From the human T2T-CHM13v2.0 reference genome, Homo sapiens, in the NCBI RefSeq assembly GCF_009914755.1, contig NC_060925.1: a stretch of 64,000 nucleotides of DNA, one strand, 5' to 3'. The notes below the pieces were generated by a model, which was not told the origin of the DNA, did not search any database, and saw only the letters and a list, made by a program, of their open reading frames with translations. A program made the position numbers and the translations under genes. Numbering within the stretch: the first letter of the stretch is position 1; every line of letters begins with the position of its first letter. Below, in pieces: positions 1 through 14,866 of the stretch.

Positions 1-35
1 ACAGAGCAAGACTCCATCTCACAAAAAAAAAAAAA
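1..35 (+). mobile_element. Alu 3' end, cut by window edge
   Basis: ACAGAGCAAGACTCCATCTC followed by an A-tail. Confidence 0.9.
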
Positions 36-54
36 TTGACTTACTTATTATGTT

Positions 55-190
55 AGATGTTTGTCTGCCCCATCCCCACCACTCCCATAAAGGCAGAGGG
101 TTTTATCTATTTCATACCTGCTGCATCCCCAGCGCCGAGAATAATGCTTGGCCCAGACCAGTCATTCAATAACTGTATCTTGAGTAAACA
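55..190 (+). mobile_element. L2 LINE 3' end relic
   Basis: ttgtctgccc...aaggcagagg...ctgctgcatccccagcgcc...tcaataac resembles the L2 3' terminus. Confidence 0.6.
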
Positions 191-215
191 GAGAGAATTT
201 ATCAGAAGCTACTAG

Positions 216-485
<270 letters not shown>

Positions 486-2274
486 TCATGCCTCCCTCCA
501 GGGGATATACCCAGTATATGAGCAAGACAAAGCTGCCAAGCAGGGACCTCCTTGCAGGGGCCACCCCTCAGAGTAAAGAGGCTCTACTGGAGGTAACAGT
601 GCCCAGGGGAGCTAGCTGAGGGAGAGCCAGCCTTTTTGGCAAGCCACCACAACTAAAAACAAGGCTGCCCTGCCAAGCCACACAAGTCTGAAACTCACCG
701 TGCTGTTTCCACGATGCTGTTTCCATAGCTCTTTAGGACCTGTTCGTCCAAAGGCTGGTGGTGGTGAGAAATAAAATGGAAATTGTCACAAATGAAGCTT
801 TTAGAGTGGGTTTTCTCTCTCTTGCTAAAGCCTCTCACTGCAGCTTGAATTCAGGATATGCACAAAGAGATACTGGAGGACAGTCTTTGGGGGTGGGTAG
901 GGGAAGGGGTCACTCAAGTAATCAGCTTTTAAAATGCAATTTAATACAAATATTGATTGAATACCTGCTGTGTACAAGGCTCTCTTTGGGGATGTGGGCT
1001 CTGAACCAGAGTAAGATGTGGGCAAGAGACCCTCTGAGGCTAGAGCTGCCTCTGAGAGCCCTCCAAGGGGAGCCAGGAGAGGCCTCAGTTCATTTAACAT
1101 GCAAATGTGAGCAGCATCCTCTCCAGGCAAAGCTTCATTGCTCCTGTTTCGTTATAGCTTCTTCCTTCCCAGGGAATGAAGCTTCCCAAGAGAAAACCCA
1201 CATTTTCAAGCTGCACTGTTGATTGGTCACGATCTCCCCACCCCCACGTGCCCCTTCTTAGCTAGACTCCATTGTAATAGCTGGTGACTTCTCCCCGGTT
1301 CACAGGATTTCATGTGGTTCACCTACAAGCCTCATTTCATTTTATAGTCACTATTTTCTCAGCCTTCCCTAACAGCAGATGTGGCTGAAGTAGCTATTTC
1401 TCAGATTGGGTTACCCAGAAAGTATCTTTGATATACAAAAGGCTATTTATTCTCTTCCACCATGCATATCCCAGGCTCACGCTAAGCCTTTATATTTTAT
1501 TCATTAAGTCAGTCCTCAAAATCCTGATGACAGCTCAGGCAGTAGATCAGAGAAGGAAACAATTTTTCCATTTTCCACCTGGGAGGTGGAGTTCCACGTG
1601 CCATCACCAAGTAAGGGTGGGGTTGCCTCTGTGAGCAGCCTCTCCACAGGCTGCTTTGCTGTCTTCATAGTTTGGGGGTGGCAGGAAATAAAGATGGCTG
1701 AGCACCTGCAGCTGCTTCTTCCGGAGCAATCATGAGGTAGTTTCTGGTGTCCTGTCCCAGCTCATACATGCTGCGTTGCTTGTGGGTGGTGATGGCTGAG
1801 GTGTGGCCTTGTCCCTGGCTGGGTGGTCCCAACTTCTCTATTGCTGGCTGGGTGGCATCCAAGTCTACTCTCTGGCCCTCCTGGAGATTCTTCAAATTCC
1901 CTAGAATAATGCAAGAAATTCACCCCTCGCTTAAACTAGACAGACAGGGCTGTTAGGATAGGAGGGGAGATTCCACCAGTCCCAATTAGTCCAATGGTAA
2001 ATTGTTCCTCCAAACAATGGACAATTAAAAAGAATGCTTGAGAGAAGGACAGTGCCTGTGACCAGCTTGGGATCTGGGGTTTTAGCCTGGGTGTCACGTG
2101 AAAATTTTTGACAGTTTTGTCTATAAAGCCTCATTTACTAATAATAGACTTTTAGAACCCATTACATGCGAAAAAAACAAAAGAATCCAGATGGAAGAAT
2201 GTGAAGTCAGCTATGGAGTAATTCACTTCTTAGCTGGACCCTTGTCTTTTAAAGGGCTTCTATCACCTACAAAT

Positions 2275-3111
2275 TGTAAACCAAAAGTAAAATTCCAAGC
2301 CTCCCAACTGACTGAATAGGCTCTCCTCTTGGCCACGGAGACCCAAAGAAACCAGAAAAACCAGTTTAGGCCATGACGGGAAGCAGGGAGGGTCAGACAT
2401 ACCTCATCACACCCTCCTCCCTTTGGAGTTCAGGCACAGCTGACCAGCATTAACATTAAATTAGGGATCCTGAGACGGACAGAACAGACTCCTAATAGCA
2501 ATAAGAGACCAAGCTTCAACCTGACCCCAGCATAGCATCACATGACAGATAGCAGGCCCTGAAAGAAATCCAAGTATTTTACTCCAAAATAGATTCAGCT
2601 GTCTCGTGTGGGGGAAATTTGCATTCTGTAGAGAATCTCTTTCCCTGACTAGGTCTCTCCAGAGTCTGACACCTTTGATAAGAGACAAATTCACATCCAT
2701 TCTTTCTGCAGCCTGGAGGCTTCATCTACATGATAAGAACCTTAGCTTCCACAATCCTCTCCCCCAACCCACCTTTACCTTACCACAAGCTGCTTTCAAC
2801 TCTTCAGGCAGAGCTTAGCCCTTTCAACCAATTGCCAATCAGGAAATCTTTAAATCCACCTGTGACGCAGATGCCTCCACTTCAAGATGTCCCACCTTTC
2901 CAGGCCAAACCAATGTATACCTTATACATATTGATTTTTGTCTTTGCCTGTTCTGTCTCCCTAAAATTTATAAAATCAAACTGTAACCCAACCACCTTGG
3001 GCACAGGTTCTCAAGATCTTCTGAGGTTATGTCATGGGCCATGATCTTTAACCTCGGCAAAATAAATCTCTAAATTGATTGAGATCTGTCTCAGATACTT
3101 TTTGATTAACA
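2275..3111 (+). mobile_element. Solo ERV1 LTR, MER4 family (MER4D/E-like)
   Basis: Begins TGTAAACCAAAAGTAAAATTCCAAGCC; contains CCAAT boxes, TATAAAA and AATAAA; ends ...gtctcagatactttttgattaaCA. Confidence 0.85.
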
Positions 3112-4059
3112 AAGCAAAGCTAATGGAAATAACTAGATTTCAAGGATGTGGAATAGCCTGACTCCCAGTCCAGCATTACTTGCCCTCGCTGCTGTCCAAG
3201 CAGGAGACCAGGCAGTGCGCTGCTCAGACCAGCCGTCACCTGAACACAGACCCACAGGCCTGCCCACCCTGCCGGGCCTTGCTGCAGCTCTTCCCCAGGA
3301 CCGCATGGACGCCCTTGCGTCTTTGCAACACTGTGTCCATGAAGACAAGAACAGCTTCCAGAGGCTTTGCCTGCGTGAGGGTTGATAGTCACCTGTGGAG
3401 GTGTGTGTCCCACGTAGTGTCACAGGGCAGGGGAGAGCCTGGGCCCTCTGTGAATAGCTGCATTTAAGAGCTGAGTGCAGCTGACGAGGTGCACTGGAGG
3501 CCTCTCCTTTAAGGAAATCCAGTACAAGAACAGAGAGGGCTGAAGTAGGAGTGGGTGTAAGAGAGATAGTAATCTACTTCATAAAACTGTCTGCCCGAAG
3601 CCACTTATCCACATTTTCAGGATGATTTAATTCATTAAAAATTTCACTTATCACAACCTTTCTGGGACACGTCTACTCAATGTGAGGCATGAATGTAAGC
3701 ATATGTAAATAATTCCTAAATAGAAGCAATGAATCCATGGACATTGTGACCCTAAAGAGGAATCTCCAGGCTTGATTTTGCAGAGAATGTGGGGATTCTG
3801 GTGATGACTCATGAAAGAGTGGGACTTTGTAGGAAGACTGCTCCCTGGGGCACTGCAGGAAACCACCCAAGACGCAGCCCTATTAACTATCGTCAGTGGT
3901 GAACAGGCCTGTCTGAGTCCACTGAACTTCTTTCTAACACATTCTAAAATATTAGTTATCAAAGTACATATTCATTAGTAATTCTGGAAAATTCAGGAAA
4001 ACCCAAAGAAGAATATTAAGTATTTCCATTATTCAGGAATACCCACTAGTAATGTATTT

Positions 4060-4155
4060 TTCCTTTTCTCTTTTTCTTTCTTTGTCTTTCTTTCTTTCTC
4101 TCTTTCTCTTTCTTTCTTCTTTCTTTTCTTTCTTTCTTTCTTTCCTTCTTTTTTT
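4060..4155. repeat. (TTTC)n-like pyrimidine simple repeat
   Basis: Directly visible CT-rich run. Confidence 0.9.
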
Positions 4156-4229
4156 AGCATGCTCCTTTCAACTGATAATATATCATAATTCTTTTTGGAT
4201 GTTATTCATTATTTTTCTATAATGACTTA

Positions 4230-4539
<310 letters not shown>

Positions 4540-4620
4540 AAATTTGGTTATTACAACAGCTTTAATATTGATAGCATCTTTGTTTCACCACTTAAGAGCC
4601 AGCTATTTGACTGAATTCGA

Positions 4621-5041
4621 TTCTTAGGGCTGCTGTAACAAATTATTACAAACTGGGTAGCTTAAAACAACGGAAACTCATTCTTTCTCAGTTATAGAAA
4701 CCATAAGTCCAAAATCCAGGTGTCAGCAGGGCCGTGTTCCCTCTGAAGGCTCCAGGAGAGAACCTTTTCCAGCCTCTCCCAGCTTCTGGTGGCTGTCCAC
4801 ATTCCTTGGCTTGTGGCCACATCACTCCAGTCTCTAACCCTGTCTTCACATGGCCTTCTCCTCTTGTCTCTTATAAGGAGACTTATCATTGGGTTAGGGC
4901 CCATTCTTGTTTTCCAGGATTATTTCATCCCAAGATCCTCAACTTAATTGTATCTACAAAGACTCTTTTCCCAACCAATGTAATATTCACAGATCTAAGG
5001 GGTTTGGACATATCTTTTGGGGCCACCATTTACTCCACTAC
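4621..5041 (-). mobile_element. MaLR LTR (MLT1B/C-like)
   Basis: agggctgctgtaacaaatt...cttaaaacaac...aagtccaaaatc...ggacatatcttttggggccaccatt is the reverse complement of the MLT1 consensus. Confidence 0.85.
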
Positions 5042-5226
5042 GATGACTTTGGGCAAATATTTTAACCTAAATCTCAGGTTCCTCACCTGTAAAATGGGGA
5101 GATTGTAGTTGCTATCTCAAAGAGCTGTGAGGATTGAATGGGTTATTCTGTGTGAAGTACCTGGCACCTGCCTGGCACAGACTATCCACTCAATCATGGT
5201 AAACTATTTTAATAATTATTATTATT
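5042..5226 (+). mobile_element. MIR
   Basis: gactttgggcaaat...ctcaggttcctcacctgtaaaatgggga...gtgaggattgaatg...tgcctggcacag (MIR core and 3' end). Confidence 0.8.
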
Positions 5227-5461
5227 CACAAGTATCAGCTTTCTTTCCTCACAACAGTACTGTGAGTAGGGAGAGGCAGAGAGGCAGAGGTCTTGAGGGA
5301 AAAGAATCGCTGGGCACTGGACATGAAAAGGCATTGAAAGATGGCCTGAGCCTTGGTCTCCAAATGTACTCACCTACCTGACAACTAAGAAAGAGCCATG
5401 TGCTAAACGTTTCTAGAGGTTTTTCCACTCCATCCTGTAAGCCTAACTTGAAGAGCAAGAG

Positions 5462-5570
5462 TGGGAAGGAAGGGAAGGAAAGAAGAGAGATGGGGAGGGA
5501 AGGGGAGGGAAGAAAAGGGATGGGGAAGGAAGGGGACTGAAAGAGAAAGAAAAGAGAGAAAGGGGGCAGG
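5462..5570. repeat. GA-rich low-complexity tract
   Basis: Near-continuous purine run (ggaagg/gaaa). Confidence 0.85.
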
Positions 5571-7968
5571 GGGCACCAGGTTGTTCCTGAGCCTATTTAT
5601 TCCCATTCATTTTCTGGATATTTTTGAAATCCCACCCTGGAAAGCAATAGCTAGTGCACTGCACAGCTCATGAGTCTTGATCAAAAAAGTGTAGCCTCCA
5701 TTTGAGAAGAAGCCATGCTTGGGAAATGAGTCTCAGGGAGGGAGCCCAAAGGGAAGAGAATGCCCAACCCTACCAGAGAGGAGGGAGGAAGAAGAGCCAA
5801 AATCAGGAAGGGTCCTGAGCCTAGCTCCACCCCATCTGGCCAAGTGATCTGTAGGGGGCCTCTCAGCTTTGTGAATTTCTTCTTAAAAAGGATCCTTCAC
5901 ATTGATTGCCTTCAAAGGCCACTAAAATAGACTCACAAAAGATCTCACAAGGGACAAGATGAATAGGCCCTCTCTGGAAGAACCAGGCCACTCTGGGAAA
6001 GTTTGGGGCTCTGAGCCTTGCTCAGGGCTTCAGCGTCGTTTCTGTGAGTGTCTTCTTGGTGAAGCTCAAGCTGCCTTTCGCATTTGCCCTGCTCTGAATT
6101 CCACCCCCTGCCACCACATGCATGGAGGCAAAGGTAATGAAGGGAAATGTGATTTGTGTCTGGGATGGATCTCCTCCTGATTCATCCCAGTGTGGTTTTC
6201 TCACGGTGGACAGAGTTGGCTTGCCTGCACATCCCCTCTAACTCAGGAAGTCCTTGGCTAGTGCCAGGGCTCAGAGGAGTTTGGGGGAGCCCGTGGATTC
6301 TGATCTTGCAGCATTTCTAGCTCTGGGGCCACCGGGTTCTTGACTCCACTCTCCGGTTCTAACTTGAATCCCTGCCCCAGCCTCCCGCTCTCAGCACAGA
6401 GCACCTTCTCCATGTCATTCCCCTGCTTCAAAGCCTTCCTGGTCAGTGTCTTCAATTCCGAACAACTTTTGCATACGTGTCAAAACGACCCATGTGTTGC
6501 ACACTGATCAGAAAATATCAGCGATGGCTCCTATCCCCGCAACAGGAAATGTTACACTGAGCACTACACTCAGATCTGCCAAATGTAGAAACTTGAATAT
6601 CAAACAGGCATAGAAGCAGTCATACAATCTGCTCCTGTAACCTCAGTGAGGTCCTGTTCTCTGTCCTTTGTGGCTCCCTGCAAGCATCCTGCATGAAAGA
6701 TCCACTCTAAAGCAGATGCTATAGGAGTTCTGTCAGCAAGCTGTCTACGGGGGCCACTGAGTCCTCTGTGAAGGATGGGGTGGGGTGGGGCGGAGGACCA
6801 AGCAGAGTCCTCCACTGACAGCTGTACTCCAGGGGTGGGCAACTGAGCATGCTGTGTCTTTACACCTCACTGTGCAATGGGGCAAGCACTTATACAACCC
6901 ACATGTCCTGAATCCCACTATATCACCAATGAAAAATTGACATTGGAAGTACTTGCTAGAGCCTCCTGTGAGTGTTAATTCTTGAATGCTTGCTAACTGA
7001 TCCTAAGCTGTGAAGCTAACTTCACACATAAACATGTCACAGGGTTCACAGTGGTCTATTCTGAAATATATGGCAAGCAATGCCATGCAATGATCTGGCC
7101 CTAGCCAACTTCTTCCAATTTATCTCCAGTTACTCCTTACATGTGCACCACCAAACTCAAGTGAAACTGTCCATGGTAGCCTCCAAAGAATCCAGAACTA
7201 CTGAGGAGAAGGCACTAACACACACAGAAAGTTTAATAATAAAACAAATACTAGTGAATCATACAAATAGGGGTCAGATGATGGTGGAAGAGGTATCACT
7301 GCCCCAAACAAGTAACTTGAGTCTATCCTAGTTGTCAGGGATCATCCTTTCCTTTCTATTAAAAAAAAATTTAAATCACCCCCGCCCACATCTCCCACAG
7401 GACTGTGGGACATTCCGTGCCTTCCCCAGGACTTCCTGGTAATACCAAGTGACCCCCTCCCAACTCTCACTCTGAATTCCTGCCCTTATCACAACTCTCA
7501 TCATCTGGAACTTCTCTCTCTCCCTCTCTCTCTCTCTTTCTCCCTCTTGTTTACTTGCTCACTTTTTCTTTCTTCTTCCTCCAGGGTGGACACAGCCTCT
7601 TCCCCTCTGTTCTCTAAGTACAACAAGCAGTGTGCTATTGGGCCCAAAATCTGTCACTGACAGTTTAGGATTACGAAGATCTGAGACTGAACGTTGGATT
7701 CAGTATTCCTGTGGTTCACAGGTTATGTCCGCTGCCAGGGACTCACACACTGGCCTCCTCTGTGTGGTGCCAGCCGGCCACCATATTGCTGGGACTCCTT
7801 ATCTCCACAGGGAGGCTGCTGCCCTTCCACCTCACCAGGTCCCAGGGCCAGACCTTTGGTCTCTCCTGCTACCACAGAGAAAACAGAACGTTATGCAAAC
7901 AACTGTCTGTCTCAACCTCTCCTACACAAGGCCCAGGTTAACCTTTGAATAACCAAAAAGCCATTAAG

Positions 7969-8270
<302 letters not shown>

Positions 8271-8626
8271 TTAAGATGTTTCACGAACCCAAGAAATCTT
8301 TCCTCCCTAAAAGGAACTTTGCAACTCTCCCGGACCAGAATTTCTTCATTTCCCAAAGTGGGTCTGGGGCACTGCGTATTCCTAAAAGTGTGCTAGCTAA
8401 TCATAATTTTAAAATTATTTTGTTTTCATTGCAATATTCTAAAAATTCAAAATAAACTTATCATGATCATCTGGGTGATCTAGGACACTTTAGAAGCCAT
8501 GTTGATGTTTCTACTTATGACCAGGTTGGCACAAGTGCCTGCCTAAAGCCCTTAACTAATAATGCAGGGTGGCCTCCCTTGATCCGAAAACCCCTGAAGG
8601 TCTGAAAGACTCGTCGCAGGATCTGA

Positions 8627-8957
<331 letters not shown>

Positions 8958-9016
8958 AGAATTCATTTTCTTTACAAGAACTGTACAGAACTTTCAGCAG
9001 AGCATTCACTAGAGTG

Positions 9017-9224
9017 AATATATATAGAAAGTGACTAAATATATATGCTGTATATATATATATTTTATATATATATACACACACATATAGTGTAGATACT
9101 ATAGTGATTATATTCCCAGATCCTAAAATATGTGTGTGGATATATGTACACACACTGTATACTTGCTACAGTGAATATATATAGTGACTATATGACTGAC
9201 ACACACACACACACACACACACAG
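9017..9224. repeat. Compound (TA)n/(CA)n microsatellite region
   Basis: Visible TA runs and a (CA)n run at about 9199-9223. Confidence 0.85.
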
Positions 9225-9232
9225 ACTATAGC

Positions 9233-9527
9233 TTTTTTTTTTTTTGAGACAGAGTCTCGCTCTGTCACCGAGGCTAGAGTGCAGTGGCATAATCTAGGCT
9301 CACTGCAACCTCCGCCTCCTGGATTCAAGCAATTCTCTGCCTCAGCCTTCCTGTAGCTGGAATTACAGGCACCCACCACCACGCCCAGCTAATTTTTGTA
9401 TTTTTTTTTTCAGTAGAGATAGTTTCACGATCTTGGCCAGGCTGGTCTTGAACTCATGACCTCATGATCCACTCGCCTCGGCCTCCCAAAATGCTGGGAT
9501 TACAGGCGTGAGCCACTGTACCCAGCC
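9233..9527 (-). mobile_element. AluS
   Basis: Poly-T followed by gagacagagtctcgctctgtc...gagccactgtacccagcc; flanks share TATAGCT. Confidence 0.95.
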
Positions 9528-10189
9528 AAATATAGCTATTATAGTGAGTATATTCCCAGATTCAGAAGCCGGGCTCTATGATGTGTTTGTGTATGCTTAT
9601 GGATATATAATATATCCAATACAGCACATATATTGTCACCATATGTAAGTGGGCACCTTCAGGATGCAGGAATAGCCCCCTGCCAGATTCACTTTCCTCC
9701 CTCTACACCACTGCTATTGCCTTTCTCCCAAGTTATCCCTCTCCATTCCCGTCTATCTGCTTATCTACAACTCAACTCATCTTCCACAAGCCACCTCGGC
9801 AAGATTTTCCAGTGTGAAATCTCCCCCTCAGGCTGGGGTGGCCTGTTCATCTTCTGATCATAGGTTACTGTCATTCCCCAAGGCAAGGAAAGGCAATTAT
9901 ACTGCATGGAACACACCTGGGAAGAGAGAGCAAGCTCAGCTCTGGATTCCTTAAATTGCCCCAAATACTTTGGCCTCATTTTTTCCTAGAACTTATTTTT
10001 CTGTATTACTTGTGTGTCATTTGGCTTATGCATTCATTAAAGAAACCTTGGATTCCTCTTGCATTTCACAAAAAGCCCATAAAAGGCATGTATTTGACTC
10101 TTTCTGAGCTGATTTTTTTTTAAATTCCATTTCTACTTACACATTGGGTATTTTCTCACACCCCCAAAGCGCTGATGCTTATGCTCGTT

Positions 10190-10495
10190 TGTAAAGGATG
10201 AGTGGAAGTTTGATAGGTGGACAGCAGGCAGAAAGGGTTGGCACTCCAGGCAAAAGGAACCACATGTGGAGAGGCACAGAGGTGTGGAACAGCGTATCTT
10301 TATTAGCTCCACGTGACTGGGCAAGACGCAGCAAGCTGGACGGTCTGAAGAAACCAAGCTGGCGAGGAAAGCAGGGTGTAAATTACAAAAGGCATGTTCC
10401 CATGCAAAGGAGCAACTTTTGTTATTGATGATGGGACCATCGGAAATATCTAAGCAAGGTAGTGACATGTTCATTATTTCCTTGGTGTTAGTAAG
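10190..10495 (-). mobile_element. L2 relic
   Basis: aaggatgagtggaagtt...ctccaggcaaaaggaaccacatgtg...aagcaaggtagtgacatg resembles antisense L2 3' region. Confidence 0.55.
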
Positions 10496-12448
10496 AAAGA
10501 GGGCTTGGAAGTGCACAAGAGTTATGGCATGGGGACATGGTCCAGAGACTCCCGTATTTCAATTTTTGTATCACCCCAGAATGCCTGCTCTTTTCCACCT
10601 TGGACTGGAGCTAGCTGGTTTAACACCTGTGTTGGGGGCTGCCTTTCACCTGGGTTTCTGGCTCATGTCCTCAGGGGCAAGGATCGTTCCTCAGGCTTTT
10701 ATGGATCTCCTCCCCTGCACCAGCTCAGCACATCTCTGTACCTCATTTTTTGGTTGGTTGGTTGGTTTTGTTTTTAATGAATCACTCAGTCTGCTGAAAG
10801 TAGCTTTGATGACAGGTTTGGATGATTATATTAGATTTCTATTCTCACTCTCGTTATTTGTACCCAAACAGAGCCAAAGGTTAAAATCCCAGTACTACTA
10901 TGGGTCTCTTAAGAGAGACCTTGGGAAATCATTGATTTCTCTAGACCATCATTTCCTCCCTAAAAGATGAGATGGTGTCCCCACCCCTTCAATGCCATTA
11001 TGGAATCAGATAGACGGAGTACTGATTAGAAGGACATTACAGTCCAGTGTTGGAAATGGACCATTGATTTCTCACCCAAGAGATACTTTCTCTTCCCCTA
11101 CTGCCACCCCAATTCCCCCAGGAAAATGTCAGTCTTTCTCCCAGAGCACTGCCTCTCTCCACCCCATCCCAAGCTTCATCATCTCCTTGACAGCCTAAAG
11201 ACAGGTCAGAGGCTGCCATTTATCACCCAGGAATGTATGTCTGTGGTGTATCATATAGGGCCTTCTCCCCTCCCCGCTCACCTTCCTCCAACCCCAGTGC
11301 CCTGTATCATCCACCTGGGTCAGCAGCATCTTCGAATACCTGCTGTGTGATGTCAGTTCTTGCAAATTGACCTGAAGTGAGGCTGCAAGTCTTCTTTTCT
11401 GGGGTGTTGCCCATCACAGTTCTCTTCTTACTGTGGGGACCCAGCCCAGGGGCTGACCTGGACTTTCAGAGACCCTCCAGGGACAACTGCTGAGGGAGAG
11501 AGCACAGCACCACCTACAGGATCAGCTCTGGTCCAGCTGCATGTCCACATGAAACCATAATTTGCACCCACTGCCCATGACCCCTGGATAAAATGGGGCT
11601 GGGGGGCGGGGCATTGTATATTCCTACCACACCACCTCCCAGCACCCAGCACACTGCCTGCTACCCAAACACTGCTCAATTAATGTTTCTTAAACAAATA
11701 ACTGCTGAACTATTTTTGACCTTGCCAATTTTTTGTGTTGTAATCACCCATTAGACTTGGCTTTGAAAAAAAATGAGTAATTAATAACAAATGTACTCCA
11801 TGTAAGCAAAGGTACCAAACATGAGTTTCCATTAAAAAAGCTTACTTTCCATAACCACATTAGCATTTTATTAGCAAAAGAGTGTTTCAGTTAAAACTGG
11901 AATAACATTGAGATCATTTGTTGTCCAAGGATTTCTCAATTCCAGCTATCAGGCCTCCTCTGTAAACCTCAGAATTGCTATTTAAGCCTACAGAACTTTA
12001 TGTTCTGATATTCTTAAGTGAAGAGTCCTTTTAAATGGCCAGTTGCTATTTAGAAAACTGTCTAAGCTGATTGGAGAGGTAATTATCTATTTTCCCTCAG
12101 TTTCACTGGAAGAAATGTGAATTTGTTGACCAATTATTGTTTACTATGGTAATAGGTACATATTTTCTATTATCTTCACTTGTTGCATATCACGTAAAAC
12201 TTATAGTAAAGCACGGGCTTGTGTCTTAAAAATGGAACAGAGGAAGACATTTAGATGGGTTTGTGGTCTAAAAATAGTTAATTTAGGAGATCAGTTAATC
12301 AGCAAATACCTGTTAAGCATTTATGCAGAATACGAAAAAGTACAAGGTGAGGGTCCTGCCCTCAAATTTCTTATGGTCTTAGAGATGACACAGGACAATG
12401 ACACTTTGCCATGAGCATGATTTCAAGAATCAAGACCAGGTCTTCTGA

Positions 12449-12784
<336 letters not shown>

Positions 12785-12869
12785 CCAGAAGACACTTCTG
12801 GATGATGCTGGTGCAGTGATCAGAGATCTAGTCAAGTAAATGGATAGATATCAATACTACAATAGTTGA

Positions 12870-13530
12870 TGTCAGGGACTGAATGTTTGTGTCCCTGTAA
12901 AATTCAAACCTTGAAATCTAAACCCCAATGTGATAGTATTAGGAAATGGGGCCTTGGGGAGATGATTAGGTCATGAGGGTGGAGCCCTCATGATGGGATT
13001 TGTGCCCTTTTAAGAAAAGACATGAGGCTGGGCACAGTGGCTCACTTCTGCAATCCCAACAGTTTGGGATACCGAGGCAGGCAGACAGCTTGAGCTCAGG
13101 AGTTCAAGATCAGCCTGGGCAATGTGGTGAAACCTCACCACTACAAAAAGCAAAAATTAGCCAGTGTGGTGGCCCATGACTGTAGTCCCAGCCACTCAGG
13201 AGTCTGAGATGGGAAGATTACTTGAGCCAAGGAGGTTGAGACTGCAGTGAGCTGTGATCATGCCATTGTACTCCAGCATGGGTCACAGAGCTGGTATGCC
13301 CATGCCAGGGCAAGACCCTGTCTCAAAAAAACAAAAGAAAAGGCATGAGAGACATGACTTTCTCTTCACCATGTGAGGACACAGCAAGAAGGTGCTGTCT
13401 GTGAACTAAGAGGCCAGCCCTCACCAGACACCGGATTTGCCAGTGCCTTGATCTTGGATTTTGCAGCCTCCAGAACTGTGAGAGTAAACGTTTGTGATTT
13501 AAGCCACCCAGTCTGTGGTATCTGCAGTCA
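12870..13530 (+). mobile_element. MaLR LTR (MLT1A0-like), split by an AluJ
   Basis: gactgaatgtttgtgtccc...gattaggtcatgagggtggagccctcatga...[Alu]...ccatgtgaggacacagcaagaagg...cagcctccagaactgtgaga. Confidence 0.85.
13026..13334 (+). mobile_element. AluJ nested in MLT1A
   Basis: Dimer; TSD AAGAAAAGACATGA (13012-13025) and AAGAAAAGGCATGA (13335-13348). Confidence 0.95.
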
Positions 13531-14142
13531 GTTTCCTGACAATGAACACCTCTGCTGGAGAATATATGTAGAAAGAAAAGAGTGAAACTCAAATTCATCA
13601 GCTGAGCTGATGTTTTTATTTTTGCTTTTTCCAGTTTTCTTGCCACCATTAGCATCTCATCAGCTTGGAGATGATCTCAAGGTTTTTTCCAGATGGCTGG
13701 GTCTACCTAAATTTATTAATGCAAGTGGAAATGTGACTGTTGATCCTCAACCCAAACCCACAGAAACAGAAATGTGCAGCCAAATTGAGAGACTCCTGGC
13801 CAATCACCATTCAAGAAAAACAAGGCTGACTGTTTGGTAGGACAAAAAAGGCTTGGCCTCACTTGCTAAGGCTAAGGCTACTAGGAGGGCCAAGTTCAAC
13901 AGCCCAGCTGCAGCCTCCTTTGCTCTGCCTCCTCCCCACCTTCTGACACAGCAAGAAACCTGGCCAACGGAGGGCGAGGGTCAGGGAGCTGTGAGCCGTG
14001 TTTAATTTGGCTTTTTGAACACATAGCACCCTGGTATCCTGCCATCTCTGGCCAGATTTAATTTAAAGCAAATCATCTTTTCCATTTCTCCCACCATCTT
14101 TGCATATGTCTTCTTCCTAAACATGTGGATTGATTGATTATT

Positions 14143-14380
14143 TATAATAATGATCATAGTCAACATTTATGGAGCACTTAGCATACAACGGGCCCTACAA
14201 CAAACCCTAGACTTAGATTATTGTGTTTGACTCTCACAACAACTCTTAACAAGGAGGTACTGCTATTGTCCCCATTTTTCCCATGATGAAACTGGGGCTC
14301 AGAAAACACGTAACACACTCAAGCTGGAAGTGGCAGATCAAGGAATTGCATTCAGATGGTCCAAGTTTAGAATCTGTGGC
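14143..14380 (-). mobile_element. MIR
   Basis: aacatttatggagcactt...ctctcacaacaact...tccccattttt...gaaactggggctcaga. Confidence 0.75.
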
Positions 14381-14866
14381 TTGCCCTCTGCAATTTTTAA
14401 CACAATTGCTTGATTTATTCATTTTCTTTTCCCGCAAACTCTTATTGTGGAGTATTCGGTGCTGAACGTTTTGTTTGTCTCCTTGATTATGGAGCATGGT
14501 GGTCCCAGCTGAGCCTACATGACCACCAAGTAGGGGACTGGGGAGCCCAGAAAGATTTATTTGCACAGCTGATCCACTTAGGCATTTCTAGATTTCACCT
14601 GAAAGAGAAGCAGGAACAGTTTAGGTGGCTCAGGGCAATGGGAAATGGAGGGGACTTTGTGCCTGTGTCCCAGTGTGGCTCAAGGACAGGAGGTGAATGA
14701 AGCAAGGAGTATGAAGCCTTCAGTCCAGCCTGTGGGGTTCTCGGGAGGGACTTTGTGAGGTTGGAGTTCAAACAATGCTGTTTCTGGGCCCACAAGACCA
14801 AATGAACCCACAGTTGGTGGAGAGCCTGTCCCTCATCTTCTACCTCCAGCAGATTGTGGACAGGGG

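Noticed and set aside
758-1222. 154-aa ORF
   Set aside because: It starts at GTG, overlaps an L2 3'-end relic near 935-985, and has no recognisable domain or exon structure.
10419-10970. 183-aa hydrophobic-looking ORF
   Set aside because: It starts at TTG, its ends overlap L2 and MIR relics, and the hydrophobicity follows from T-rich sequence.
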